DNA of 38,902 nucleotides from Tubiluchus corallicola (lineage: Eukaryota > Animalia > Priapulida), in contig JAQGDQ010002433.1 of the NCBI GenBank assembly GCA_030141605.1, forward strand, positions 1 through 38,902, given 5' to 3'. Under the pieces are notes generated by a model. That model ran no database searches and was not told the origin of the DNA. It was given only the letters and a program-made list of their open reading frames with translations. Of this stretch, positions 19,866 through 29,753 are shown piece after piece. Every line of letters starts with the position of its first letter. Position 1 is the first letter of the stretch. The position numbers and the translations under genes are program-made.

Positions 19866-20495
19866 ATGTCATTAATAGGAAAAAAAGCCCCATTATTTAC
19901 AGCCCCAGCAGTAATTAATGGAAACGAAATAGTAGCAAATTTCTCATTATCTGATTATATTGGGAAAAAAGAAGTAGTGTTGTTTTTCTATCCTAAGGAT
20001 TTTACATTTGTTTGCCCAACGGAGATTTTAGAATTTCAAAACAAATTATCTGCTTTTAAAGAAAGAAATGTAGAAGTAATAGGGATTTCAACAGACACAG
20101 AAGAGACACATCTTGCGTGGATATCAACTCCTAAAAATAATGGAGGAATAGAGGGTGTAACCTACCCACTGGTAGCAGATACAGCAAAAACTATAGCAGT
20201 CAATTATGGCGTTTTAGGAGGGGATTGGCAGTATGACGACAACGATGAGTTTTTATTTCAAGGTGACCCAATAGCTTATAGAGGAACGTTTTTCATAGAC
20301 AAAACAGGGGTTATAAGACACGAGTATATTAACTTTTTTCCCATAGGAAGAAATATAGATGATACATTGAGGATAGTAGATGCGTGGCAATGTTTTGAAA
20401 AACGAGGAGAAGTATGTCCTGCTAACTGGATAAAGGGTAAGGACACAATGGTAGCAACAAAAGAAGGGGTGGCAGACTACCTCTCAAAGCATTAA
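19866..20495 (+). CDS. Typical 2-Cys peroxiredoxin (AhpC/TSA family)
   Basis: FYPKDFTFVCPTE and GEVCPANW motifs. Confidence 0.95.
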   Translation: MSLIGKKAPLFTAPAVINGNEIVANFSLSDYIGKKEVVLFFYPKDFTFVCPTEILEFQNKLSAFKERNVEVIGISTDTEETHLAWISTPKNNGGIEGVTYPLVADTAKTIAVNYGVLGGDWQYDDNDEFLFQGDPIAYRGTFFIDKTGVIRHEYINFFPIGRNIDDTLRIVDAWQCFEKRGEVCPANWIKGKDTMVATKEGVADYLSKH

Positions 20496-20520
20496 TGTAA
20501 AGCATAAAATGCTCAAAAGG

Positions 20521-20598
20521 TATAATCGGCGAAACGAAAAATGAAATTTGAGGTTACGAATAAAAATGCACATTTCATTTTGACCGTCTGGCATTATA
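20521..20598. mobile_element. Putative MITE or IS-end remnant, 78 bp, bounded by TA
   Basis: Ends TATAATCGGCGAAACGAAAAATGAAAT and (reverse complement) TATAATGCCAGACGGTCAAAATGAAAT match at 18 of 27 positions; the left end recurs at 26945. Confidence 0.45.
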
Positions 20599-20644
20599 AC
20601 ATATAAAAGCCCCTTAAAAAAGGGGCTTTTATATGTTATAATGC
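20591..20644. terminator. Bidirectional intrinsic terminator, perfect 25-bp inverted repeat
   Basis: GCATTATAACATATAAAAGCCCCTT-AAAA-AAGGGGCTTTTATATGTTATAATGC between convergent peroxiredoxin and guaA. Confidence 0.85.
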
Positions 20645-20749
20645 TTTCTATATCATTCTATTTATAATCTCTATTGATCCTAACCAACAGCAAATCCATT
20701 TCATTGTCTGTGCACCCGTATTTTTCCAATTCGTTACGGATTCCTTTTT

Positions 20750-22279
20750 TTATTCCCATTCTATGGTGGCAGGAGGTTTTGAACTTATATCATATACCAC
20801 GCGATTAACATGTTCAACGTTATTGATGATTTTGTTAGAAATTTCTGCTAAAAAGTCATAAGGTAAGCGAACCCAGTCCGCTGTCATCCCATCTAGGCTT
20901 TCCACTGCTCGCAAAGCTACAGTATAGTTATATGTTCGATTATCTCCCATAACGCCAACAGTTTTGGAAGATGTAAGTATCGCACCAGCTTGCCATATTT
21001 CTTCGTATAATTGGTGCTGTTTCAATCCAGAGATATAAATTTCATCTACATCTTGTAAAATTTCTACCTTTTCAGGAGTGACTTCACCAATTATTCTTAT
21101 GGCTAACCCGGGTCCAGGAAAAGGGTGTCTTTTAGAGATATTTTCAGGAACCCCAACTACTGTTGCTGTTCTGCGTACCTCGTCTTTGAATAGCATTTTT
21201 AGAGGCTCAACAACTTTTAAACGTACTTTTTCAGGCAACCCCCCCACATTATGATGTGACTTGATGGTTGCCGAAGGACCTCTCACAGATACAGACTCTA
21301 TAATGTCAGGATATATAGTGCCTTGTGCCAGCCATTTAACATCTCCAATTTTGTGGGCTTCTCTATCAAAGACCTCTATGAAAGTCCTTCCTATTGCTTT
21401 GCGTTTCGCCTCTGGATCTTTTATTCCTTTCAAGCTATTATAAAATTCTTGCTTGGCATCTACACCTATCACATTCAACCCCATGTCTTTGTAAGAATTC
21501 AATACCTCTTCAAATTCATTTTTTCTTAACAACCCGTTATCTATAAAAACGCAATATAAGTTTTTTCCAATAGCATTATGAATGAGCATAGCGGCGACAG
21601 AAGAATCTACTCCACCCGAAAGCCCCAAAATAACTTTATCACTGTTAAGTTGCTGTTTGAGTTCTGCTATAGCAGTATTGGCAAAAGAGTCTGGAGTCCA
21701 ATTTGGTTTGCAATTGCAAATATCAATAACAAAATTTTTCAGTATAGTAACTCCTTCTGATGAGTGCGTTACTTCTGGATGAAACTGTATACCATAGACA
21801 TTGGTGTTTTTTTGCTTAAAGGCAGCAATTCTTACTTTATCCGTTTGTGCTATTGCCGAAAAGTCATTGGAAATACTTGTTATGGTGTCTCCATGTGACA
21901 TCCACACTTGTGTGTGTAAGGAAACCGTGTCAAACAGAGTGTCTTTGTCATCAAAAGAGGTTAAGTTCGCTCTTCCGTATTCTCTTGTAGTAGAGCTTTC
22001 TATTTTTCCACTATTTTTCCACGCTATTAGTTGGGCACCGTAACAAATACCTAATATAGGTATTTGCTCACGCCATTGTGAAATGTTTATATTGGGAGCA
22101 TCTTGCTCATACACCGAACAAGGTCCACCAGACAAGATTATGCCTTTTACTCCTTTGGTGTCTTTTGGCAAATGATTAAATGGATGTATTTCACAATAAA
22201 CGTTTAATTCCCTTACCCGTCGACCTATCAGTTGTGTATATTGTGACCCAAAATCTACAATTAGAATTTTTTCTTGCAT
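20750..22279 (-). CDS. guaA: GMP synthase (glutamine-hydrolysing)
   Basis: [27 protein letters not shown] and KPPATIEWE motifs. Confidence 0.98.
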   Translation of the reverse strand: MQEKILIVDFGSQYTQLIGRRVRELNVYCEIHPFNHLPKDTKGVKGIILSGGPCSVYEQDAPNINISQWREQIPILGICYGAQLIAWKNSGKIESSTTREYGRANLTSFDDKDTLFDTVSLHTQVWMSHGDTITSISNDFSAIAQTDKVRIAAFKQKNTNVYGIQFHPEVTHSSEGVTILKNFVIDICNCKPNWTPDSFANTAIAELKQQLNSDKVILGLSGGVDSSVAAMLIHNAIGKNLYCVFIDNGLLRKNEFEEVLNSYKDMGLNVIGVDAKQEFYNSLKGIKDPEAKRKAIGRTFIEVFDREAHKIGDVKWLAQGTIYPDIIESVSVRGPSATIKSHHNVGGLPEKVRLKVVEPLKMLFKDEVRRTATVVGVPENISKRHPFPGPGLAIRIIGEVTPEKVEILQDVDEIYISGLKQHQLYEEIWQAGAILTSSKTVGVMGDNRTYNYTVALRAVESLDGMTADWVRLPYDFLAEISNKIINNVEHVNRVVYDISSKPPATIEWE

Positions 22280-22303
22280 TAGTAAAATCTTCAGAGAATA
22301 CTA

Positions 22304-22311
22304 CAAAGATA
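22304..22311 (-). promoter_or_regulatory. Bacteroidota -7 promoter element for guaA
   Basis: CAAAGATA on + reads TATCTTTG on -, 24 nt upstream of the ATG. Confidence 0.65.
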
Positions 22312-22446
22312 CAAAAAAACAATTATTTATAGCGATAAAAATTTTTTTTATAAAAAAGCTGTTTAGAAATAAATAAGCAAATAAATAAAAAGTTTTTATC
22401 AAACGATTAAAAAAAAAATGTAATTGTTTTTGAAAATAAACAAAGA

Positions 22447-22536
22447 AATAGTTGCATTATTGAATTAATAGTTGCATATTTATTTTTCAGCAAAAAACAC
22501 ATTAAAACACCAATCAAAAATACACCAATCAAAAAT
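22447..22536 (+). repeat. Short direct repeats upstream of the exported-protein operon
   Basis: AATAGTTGCAT at 22447 and 22467 (20-bp period); tandem ACACCAATCAAAAAT at 22507 and 22522. Confidence 0.6.
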
Positions 22537-22545
22537 AAAAGAGTT

Positions 22546-23211
22546 ATGAAAACAAAAAAAATCTCATTAATACTTTCTCTCCTCACACTATTATTATGTT
22601 TTGCTGGAGAGGGTTATGCTCAAAAAAGCGAAAGACAATACAAAAGAGCAAAGTCCAAAATGTACAAAAAGAAATTTAAAGAATTGAAGCGAGAAGGCTG
22701 GAAGTTGGACGGCAGCTCTTTGTCTTTGGAAGTTGCTTTAATGAAGCACTACAAAAAAATGGATGAAAAAGAGTCTGTTCAAGAGTTAGTATCTTCCGTT
22801 TCTATGTGCAAATCTAAAAATGTGTGTAGAGCTAATGCATTAAACAATGCCTTGATTGAGTATGCTAGTAAGGCGGGGTCTTACGTAAAAGGTAGAGTGA
22901 CGTCAGATATTTTTAATGACGCCTCAGGAGAAGTTCCGCAAGAGTTTGACAAGTTTTATGCTGCATATGAGCGTTTGGTGCAGCAAGAAATTAAAGGGGA
23001 GTTGCAAGAGAGTTTTTCCTTAATAAAAGAGGGTAAAGATGGCAATTCATATCAAATATTTTACATTATAGACGAAGATGAAGCACACAAAGCTAGGTTG
23101 AGAGCATTGGAACGAGCTCAAAAAGAAACAGAAATAGCGACACAATATGGACGGCAAGTTTCTGACTTCGTAAATGAAGGATTTGAGTTTTCAGGAACTG
23201 TTTCTAAATAG
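22546..23211 (+). CDS. Exported hypothetical protein (possibly LPP20-like fold)
   Basis: Signal peptide GYA|Q; LKREGW motif; A..NAL..YA..AGS.VKG. Confidence 0.7.
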   Translation: MKTKKISLILSLLTLLLCFAGEGYAQKSERQYKRAKSKMYKKKFKELKREGWKLDGSSLSLEVALMKHYKKMDEKESVQELVSSVSMCKSKNVCRANALNNALIEYASKAGSYVKGRVTSDIFNDASGEVPQEFDKFYAAYERLVQQEIKGELQESFSLIKEGKDGNSYQIFYIIDEDEAHKARLRALERAQKETEIATQYGRQVSDFVNEGFEFSGTVSK

Positions 23212-23237
23212 TTCCATAAAGATAGTGTTGAATATTT

Positions 23238-23270
23238 TGCAATACAGAGCTTGTAAAGCTCTGTATTGCA
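23238..23270 (+). other. Intercistronic hairpin with a 15-bp perfect stem and no U-tract
   Basis: TGCAATACAGAGCTT-GTA-AAGCTCTGTATTGCA. Confidence 0.7.
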
Positions 23271-23288
23271 TAGACTAAATTTTACAAA

Positions 23289-24541
23289 GTGATGAAGTTA
23301 ATACAACGACATGTGTTGGTTATAATCTTTCAATTTCCTGTAATATTGGGACTTTCTCAACAAACAATCCAGGAAGGCGAAAATAGAATAGCTATATTTA
23401 CTCCTGTGGGACAAGCAGGAGTAACAGAAAACATAACAAGCATCATAGAAGAGGAATTATCAAGCGGCTTTGTAGAGTCTTCTAAATATACGGTTTTGGA
23501 AAGAAGCTTGATAAGCAAAATAATGGAGGAAGAAAAGTTTCAACTATCAGGGGTAGTTGATGATTCTCAAGTTAGTGAGCTGGGGAAAAAATTAGGAGCT
23601 AACTATGTTTGCGTTTCAACTGTAAGTATATTGGGAAGGAACTATTACATCTCTACAAAGATATTGGACGTTAAAACAGCGAAAGTAGAAAAGCAAGCGA
23701 CTGGAGTAACAAAAAATGGTTTAAATGATCTGTTTTCCACTATTGGTAATATTAAAAGAAGTATAATAGAAGGTAGAGCTCCAGAAACAGAGGTTAAAAA
23801 ACAGGTGAAAAAATCAACACGGATAACAGATCAGCCACCTGCTCCGAAGCCAAAAGTACAGATAGAAGAAAAAGCAATAGAAGAAACAAGTACTTACAAA
23901 AAACCAGAATCAGTAGTAGATCAACGTGTAAGAGAGAAGTATGGTGATGTGCCAGCGCACGCAGCTGAGAAAAACCATCAGCTAAATGGCTAATTGCAGT
24001 AAGAGGAGGATGGAATATTTCATCGTTTAATGACGAGTGGTTTATAGGCAATAAAGAGGTAATGTCAAAAGAGTCTAACAGTGTTTCAGGATTTTACCTT
24101 TCATTTCTTATAGGTCCTCAATTTCTTGATAACTGGGCGTTATATGCAGAGTTACAATACTCTATGCAAGGAGCGAACTATCCTTTTCTGGAGCTTAGCA
24201 CTTTCTCACATGTGTTACCGCATAGGGTATCTAATCACTACTTGAATGTTCCCATTATGCTAAAAATTCCAATAGGTGGTAGCATCAGTATTGAAGTGGG
24301 GGGGCAAGGATCATTTTTTCTGTCTGGAAAAAGAGGAGAGAAAAAGTATAATGGAGGAACGGAATTTGCTATAAATGCTGGTTTTGAAATGCTCTTATAT
24401 AGGAACATTGCTTTTTCTGGAAGATTGAGCCTTGGAGTATTGGGAGGAAGTGATCATCAGTATGATAGCACAGGGAGTGCTGACTATCGTGTTAGAGAAC
24501 GCAATGATGTAGTAAGTTTTGGGATAAACTATATATTCTAA
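23289..24541 (+). pseudogene. CsgG/HfaB-like domain + Pro/Lys linker + outer-membrane beta-barrel; one gene split at an A5 run (23970-23974)
   Basis: VLERS.I..I..E..FQLSG.VD...ELGKKLGA motif. One extra A reads ...EKKPSAKWLIAVRGGWNISSF into ORF 24062, which has AELQYSMQG and YLNVP and ends GINYIF. Confidence 0.75.
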
Positions 24542-24544
24542 AAA

Positions 24545-25681
24545 ATGACAAATGTTATGGATAAATATAAAACTAATGTAGTGTTTATTATACTAAGGGC
24601 TGTAGTTCTTTCTTCTATATTGCTTTTCTCGTGCGATGACGAAGATATGCTATCTGATGACAACGAATTGGGATCTTTTGTATTTAAAGCAGCTTCCACG
24701 CCGGGGCTATCGCAAGATGTGCCTGCCTATATAAGAGATGGAGAGGACGGTCACTCAGGAGAAGTAACAGCAACACTGCCAAAAGGTGTTGATACTGATA
24801 ATTTGTTTATTGAACATTACCACGAAGGGAAATTTGCTGGTATATTGCCTGTAGGTCAAAAGAAATTTCCATCAAATTTGAATATAATACGTGAAGGAAG
24901 AGATTACGTAAGGGTCGAGAGTCCATATGCAACGTTGGACTTTGATGAATATGAGGTGTTGGATGAGAATAGGTATGAAATAACATACTTTGTTATGGCA
25001 GAGAATGGAGAGATAAGGTACTATCACATGCACATACAAGTAGGAGAAGCATTTGAGGGTAATTTTCGTCAAATACCAGATAAGAACTTTTTAAAATACT
25101 TAAAAGAAATTCTTCCTTTTGATGCATTTGATACCAAAGATTATTTGAACACCATCCACCCAAATGTTACAAGTTTGGAGGCTATAGACATAAGTAAAAG
25201 CAATGAGGTGGAGGATAGTGAAAAGGTAGCATCGTTGGATGGCATTCAATACTTTCTTAGCCTCAAATCATTATACTGCAAAAATAATGATTTACAGAGT
25301 TTGGACATGAGCAAAAATCTTGCTTTAACTCATTTGAGTTGTGAAGATAATGACTTAAAGACTTTGGATGTGAGTGAAAACGTTGCTCTAGTTCGTTTAG
25401 ATTGCAGGGATAATGATATATCTGCCTTAAATATACAAAACAGCACCAAGATAACTGCGTTGCTTTGTTATGATAACCCATTGATAGCTCTGATTTTACC
25501 GTCTACTGGTTTTGCTAGTGCAAGCACAAATGATGGTTTGTGGATTCCAGAAAGATTTCAGTGTCAATCAACTGTAAAAGAGTTGAAGCGGGACAACTCT
25601 GGATTACGTATACGAATTTATAGAAATGACAGTGGTGAATTAATAAATGGCGATTTCAATCCACTTACTTCTTGTCTGTAG
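24545..25681 (+). CDS. Leucine-rich-repeat lipoprotein
   Basis: Lipobox LFSC followed by acidic DDED; IPDKNF; SLDGIQYF; LxCxxNxLxxLDxSxN repeats. Confidence 0.8.
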   Translation: MTNVMDKYKTNVVFIILRAVVLSSILLFSCDDEDMLSDDNELGSFVFKAASTPGLSQDVPAYIRDGEDGHSGEVTATLPKGVDTDNLFIEHYHEGKFAGILPVGQKKFPSNLNIIREGRDYVRVESPYATLDFDEYEVLDENRYEITYFVMAENGEIRYYHMHIQVGEAFEGNFRQIPDKNFLKYLKEILPFDAFDTKDYLNTIHPNVTSLEAIDISKSNEVEDSEKVASLDGIQYFLSLKSLYCKNNDLQSLDMSKNLALTHLSCEDNDLKTLDVSENVALVRLDCRDNDISALNIQNSTKITALLCYDNPLIALILPSTGFASASTNDGLWIPERFQCQSTVKELKRDNSGLRIRIYRNDSGELINGDFNPLTSCL

Positions 25682-25741
25682 TCTTGTTTTGTAATAAAAA
25701 CAATGTGGTGCCATTATGCATAATAGACATATTAAGTAAAA

Positions 25742-26812
25742 ATGTATAAAAGAATATTACTACTTATAGCCCTTTCTATTATTTGTTGGGATGGAGTTGC
25801 CCAAAAAAGAAAATCGCGCTCCCCTATGTGGTTAGATGCCGAATATCGGATATCAAAATATCCATCAGGTATATATTTTACAGGCTTTGCTGAGGACGTA
25901 AATAGGAATGATTTAGGAGTGTCTGATTTCATGAATGGACAATTACATTTTGCTCAAAATGACTTAACAAGTAAGATAAGAACAGAAATAAAGGCAAGTA
26001 CACAGACAAATATTAGTACTATCTATTCAGATGGCAATTACAAAGAATTACAAGAAACAGATATGAATATTCATACATTGTCGGAAATAGAGTTAGTCAA
26101 TAGCAATAACCTCAAATACTATGACTCCAAAAAGAAGAGAGGCTATGTGTTTGTCTTTGTGCAAAAAAATGATTTGGTTAATTACTACAATGCAGAGATT
26201 CTCAACAACCTTACCTCTATTCAAGCCATGATAGATAATGCTGCGTTATATATGCAACAAAAAGAAAAATTAGCTGCTAAAAGTGTATACCAACAGAGTC
26301 TTCAAAAGCTTAAAGAAACAGAATGGCTACATAGAATACTTAGAGCATTGGAAGGAGATAAAGTCAGTGGGGAGACCTATAATGAAATATTGAACTTGCG
26401 AACTACGATTCATGAAGCGTTAAAGTCTTCTAACATTCAAATGTACGTGGCAACAACAGAAACCAACTTAAATGATACATTGTCATCGAAAATAATACTG
26501 CCAAAAGTAAAAGAGTGGCTGTCTGATAGTGGTTATATAATTACAGAAAACAGAGAATTGGCAGATTTTTGTGTTAAAGTTAATAGCTATACAACAATGC
26601 TAGACAAAGGAATAGAGGGGATTTATTTTGCATATTTTAGCGGGGTAATTTCTGTAAATGATAATAATAATGGCAATGAAGTATTTAATACAACCATAGA
26701 TAGAGTAAAAGGAGCAGGGCTAAGTTTCGAACAAGCTGGGATAGCAGCGTATCTCAAAGCACAGCAAAAAATTGCAGAGGCATTAGAAAAATATATTACT
26801 ACCCAGAACTAG
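25742..26812 (+). CDS. Exported protein with LPP20-like N-terminal domain
   Basis: Signal peptide GVA|Q; P.W....YP...YFTG; A..DL...I...I; C-terminal KGAG.SFEQAG..AY. Confidence 0.65.
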   Translation: MYKRILLLIALSIICWDGVAQKRKSRSPMWLDAEYRISKYPSGIYFTGFAEDVNRNDLGVSDFMNGQLHFAQNDLTSKIRTEIKASTQTNISTIYSDGNYKELQETDMNIHTLSEIELVNSNNLKYYDSKKKRGYVFVFVQKNDLVNYYNAEILNNLTSIQAMIDNAALYMQQKEKLAAKSVYQQSLQKLKETEWLHRILRALEGDKVSGETYNEILNLRTTIHEALKSSNIQMYVATTETNLNDTLSSKIILPKVKEWLSDSGYIITENRELADFCVKVNSYTTMLDKGIEGIYFAYFSGVISVNDNNNGNEVFNTTIDRVKGAGLSFEQAGIAAYLKAQQKIAEALEKYITTQN

Positions 26813-27015
26813 CGCTTTGCTTTTGTTATTTTTGCTTCAATCCTTATAGTAAGAATATAGCATCTATTGAAATAATTTTTTTGTCTGAATTATGCAGTAT
26901 TCTAACGAAATAGCTCTGAGAATATGATGCTTTATGTTTTAGAGTATAATCGGCAAAACCAAATGAACATTTTTTTGTGAACAAAAATCACAATTTTTTC
27001 ATAAACAAAATTCAC

Positions 27016-27045
27016 AAAAAAGCCCTGCAACTTGCGGGGCTTTTT
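27016..27045. terminator. Bidirectional intrinsic terminator closing the leftward tail operon
   Basis: AAAAAAGCCCTGCAA-C-TTGCGGGGCTTTTT, 8 nt past the stop of ORF 27054. Confidence 0.85.
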
Positions 27046-27053
27046 ATACCATT

Positions 27054-27284
27054 TTATAATGTCGCTATTACAACACCGTTAAGTGCTTTAACCCTTCTTT
27101 TATTAACAAAATCGCTTTCTGTGTTCACGACAACAGAAATGCCTGTTATCTCTTGCTGTGTTACTTCTGTAAGGTTATCATTGGCAAATAATATTTCAGG
27201 CAATGCTGCAATATTGCCATACTCTTGATTCGCAACATCTAATAGGCTTTGCCGTTGTTGGATTATAATTGTTTTATCACTCAT
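27054..27284 (-). CDS. LysM-like baseplate protein (P2 gpX-like)
   Basis: QRQSLLDVANQEYGN.....ILFAN pattern; position after the wedge gene. Confidence 0.7.
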   Translation of the reverse strand: MSDKTIIIQQRQSLLDVANQEYGNIAALPEILFANDNLTEVTQQEITGISVVVNTESDFVNKRRVKALNGVVIATL

Positions 27285-27564
27285 AATATGCCTCTGTTAG
27301 TATCTTACCATCGACTAACTGTACGCTTTGTACCGTCATCCCATCCCTTCTAAATTCGTTTTTGATTGAAGTTATCACACTCCCGGGCTTGTCATCATTT
27401 AGCCAATTAGGCAATCCTACCCCTGCAGTAGGCTCATGTTTAAACGTGCCCTTTTCAGCCAATAGCAATAGCTTTTGATGCTGTTGGGTGCTTTCGCTTT
27501 TTTGAAAATCATTATCTCCAATTTGTAAATCTAAATTGTCATTTAGTAGAATGTCATATCTCAT
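27277..27564 (-). CDS. Baseplate wedge / sheath initiator (gp25/gpW-like)
   Basis: DILL...DL.I..DF..EST.QHQ..LL...KG.FK..PT.GVG; size and gene order. Confidence 0.7.
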   Translation of the reverse strand: MRYDILLNDNLDLQIGDNDFQKSESTQQHQKLLLLAEKGTFKHEPTAGVGLPNWLNDDKPGSVITSIKNEFRRDGMTVQSVQLVDGKILTEAYYE

Positions 27565-27568
27565 GTTG

Positions 27569-28135
27569 TTAGTGCGTTATAGTTGTATCTTCATAATCTG
27601 TTTTGTCAAAAACAGTAGCGTCATTAGCAGGTTGATTAGGTGGACCGGTTTTGGATGTCGGTGTTATATTGTGTTTGTGTGAATTCAATACATCTTTAAT
27701 ATCATTCACCTCACTCACCAACGCATTTAACTTATCCGTTAGCTCATTGATTTTTATTAAGCCGTAATTACCTCCCCCATTAAATACTATCTCTCCATCA
27801 TAGAAAGAGAGTGTAGAAGTTCCTATTTTCAGTTCGACGCTTTTCAGCTCGCTATACTTGACAGCCACATATTGCGAGCTGTCACCGAATGATTTTATTA
27901 GCACGGTACTACCAATTTTTGGAAACAGTATTAAAGCCTCACTAACACGGTCTATATTACTTTTTAAACGGACGTTAAATATCTCATTATCGCTGCTGTC
28001 TATTACATCGCAAGTTTGGTTTATAGTGTCGACCGATTGTACAGTTGCAGGGATTATGCCAATGCCTGCAATGCTTTTTATCATATTCTCGAGTCCGTTT
28101 CTTAATTGCTCTGCTCTATCATTTTGTTTTGCCAT
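27569..28135 (-). CDS. Central spike (P2 gpV / Mu gp45-like)
   Basis: OB-fold-like N-terminus (ATV.SVD...TCDV, P.IGS.V); C-terminal HxH metal-binding tip motif NSHKH. Confidence 0.8.
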   Translation of the reverse strand: MAKQNDRAEQLRNGLENMIKSIAGIGIIPATVQSVDTINQTCDVIDSSDNEIFNVRLKSNIDRVSEALILFPKIGSTVLIKSFGDSSQYVAVKYSELKSVELKIGTSTLSFYDGEIVFNGGGNYGLIKINELTDKLNALVSEVNDIKDVLNSHKHNITPTSKTGPPNQPANDATVFDKTDYEDTTITH

Positions 28136-28136
28136 A

Positions 28137-29123
28137 TCAAGATAATTTAATGCCTAGTTCCACGTTACGCCTTCCACCGTTAAGTCCGTAGGTAGTGGTA
28201 ACCTTATCCACATAATAGGTTCCTTCCCTTTTGGGGTAATTAGTGTCACTTATTTTTGCGGTATTTGTTGGCTGGTTAAAAGGTATTAAAAAGGTTTTCA
28301 AACTCCCTTTATAACCTGTAAATTTGAGTTTTTCAATTTCTCTTTTTGCCCTTTGTTTTATCGTCTCTCTATCCGAAATGTTATAAAAAAACAACGTTCT
28401 TAATTCCCCGTCGCTATCTCCTTCATCCTCCTCTATTTTAGTGTTGTCCTTTTGAATGGCTATTGCCTTCACTTTTATTTTAGTATCATCTTCACGGACA
28501 AACTCAAGGCTATTATCATCAATAGTATTTACCCCCATATTATAAATAACATTACTGCCAACCTGTGCATTTGGCAACCCAATAAAAAGCGTGTTATTGT
28601 CCTTAAAATACATCTGTAATCCATAATCGTTTTTAAGTTTATTAAGTGCAAAAGCAGCGGTTACATCTTGTATATAAAACTCACTAAACTGTATATCTAT
28701 ATCCTCTTCTGTCTCTTTGGCTATCTCTGTGTCTTTTAAAATAAAATCTATTATTGTGTTAAAATTGGTGTTTTTAAAAGCCTTTTTAATATTCTTTTTA
28801 CGTAAAATAAAGGAGGCGTCCTCACATTCAATTTCAAGCGGAGTATTTGGTTTTATTGCAGAAATGTAGCCTTCAAATTCTTTTTTTAGTTCTTCATTAT
28901 ATCCCAATTCTATGATTATTTTGTCTCCCACATTGAACGCCTTGGCGGGTTCTTTTTCTGCTAACAAATCACCTTCTTTTTTCAATCTGGCAGAGGTGGG
29001 CAATAAAATCTTTGCCGTGTCTGTAAGTGCCTTTACGGATTTTTCTATTTTAACTTCGTTGACTCTGGTTAGAGTGTAAGTCTCTTTTCCCGTTATTGTT
29101 ATTTTTGCTCCTAAAACATACAT
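28137..29123 (-). CDS. Baseplate hub (P2 gpD / Mu gp44-like)
   Basis: LTDTA.I.LP, I.LGY....EF.GYI, IECED and G.YYV..V.T.YG..G.R motifs. Confidence 0.8.
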   Translation of the reverse strand: MYVLGAKITITGKETYTLTRVNEVKIEKSVKALTDTAKILLPTSARLKKEGDLLAEKEPAKAFNVGDKIIIELGYNEELKKEFEGYISAIKPNTPLEIECEDASFILRKKNIKKAFKNTNFNTIIDFILKDTEIAKETEEDIDIQFSEFYIQDVTAAFALNKLKNDYGLQMYFKDNNTLFIGLPNAQVGSNVIYNMGVNTIDDNSLEFVREDDTKIKVKAIAIQKDNTKIEEDEGDSDGELRTLFFYNISDRETIKQRAKREIEKLKFTGYKGSLKTFLIPFNQPTNTAKISDTNYPKREGTYYVDKVTTTYGLNGGRRNVELGIKLS

Positions 29124-29124
29124 T

Positions 29125-29751
29125 TTACTCTAATTCTAAAATAAAGTCTTCATCACTTGTGCATAAGAATTCATAAGCTTGTGCATGTTGAATACCTACC
29201 ATTTCTGGTAAACGAAAATCTTTTATCACAAGCCTCTCAACACCCAAGATATTTGTTAGCAATTCGTTATTCACAGGCAAGCTTTCATTTAACAAAAACA
29301 GCTCCTTTAATTGTTCCACTTGTTCGCTAGGATATTTGTACATGTTGTTAAAATCTATTACAATGCCACGTATATTTATATTATAATCAGTCGTGTTTAT
29401 TAGTTCCTTGACGGTTCCTTTTCTACTACTACCTGTCAAGGGTGTTTCTACAATGTTTTTCTTTATGTCAACTTGTAAAATGGGTTCATTGGGCAGTTGA
29501 ATTCCATTAATAGATATTGGCATAAATAACGGTGTGCCAAGAGGAGTTGAACGGTTTAACCCATCAGTAAAAGTGGGTTGTTTTGTGTTTTGTATTTGCT
29601 GGTTAGGGTCAAACCCTTCAGCAGTTGTAACATCTGTTTCAATTGGAGGTTGCAAAAAGGGCAATCCCTTATAACCAAAAGCAAGTTCAAATAGTTGAGG
29701 TAAATTGAACTCTGCCGGTCTTTGTCGTGTTATTATGCCACCTGTTACCAT
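29125..29751 (-). CDS. Tail tube initiator (DUF6046-like, gpU position)
   Basis: KNIVET.L.G..RKGTVKELI...DY.I.IRG; terminal C.SDEDF.LE; immediately after the tape measure gene. Confidence 0.7.
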   Translation of the reverse strand: MVTGGIITRQRPAEFNLPQLFELAFGYKGLPFLQPPIETDVTTAEGFDPNQQIQNTKQPTFTDGLNRSTPLGTPLFMPISINGIQLPNEPILQVDIKKNIVETPLTGSSRKGTVKELINTTDYNINIRGIVIDFNNMYKYPSEQVEQLKELFLLNESLPVNNELLTNILGVERLVIKDFRLPEMVGIQHAQAYEFLCTSDEDFILELE

Positions 29752-29753
29752 TG

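Noticed and set aside
26975-26993. CRP-like site or Mu-type end TTGTGA-N7-TCACAA
   Set aside because: Spacing is 7 rather than 6, it lies between convergent gene ends, and no partner end was found
26977-27228. 83-aa plus-strand ORF
   Set aside because: It runs through a terminator and is antisense to the LysM-like baseplate gene
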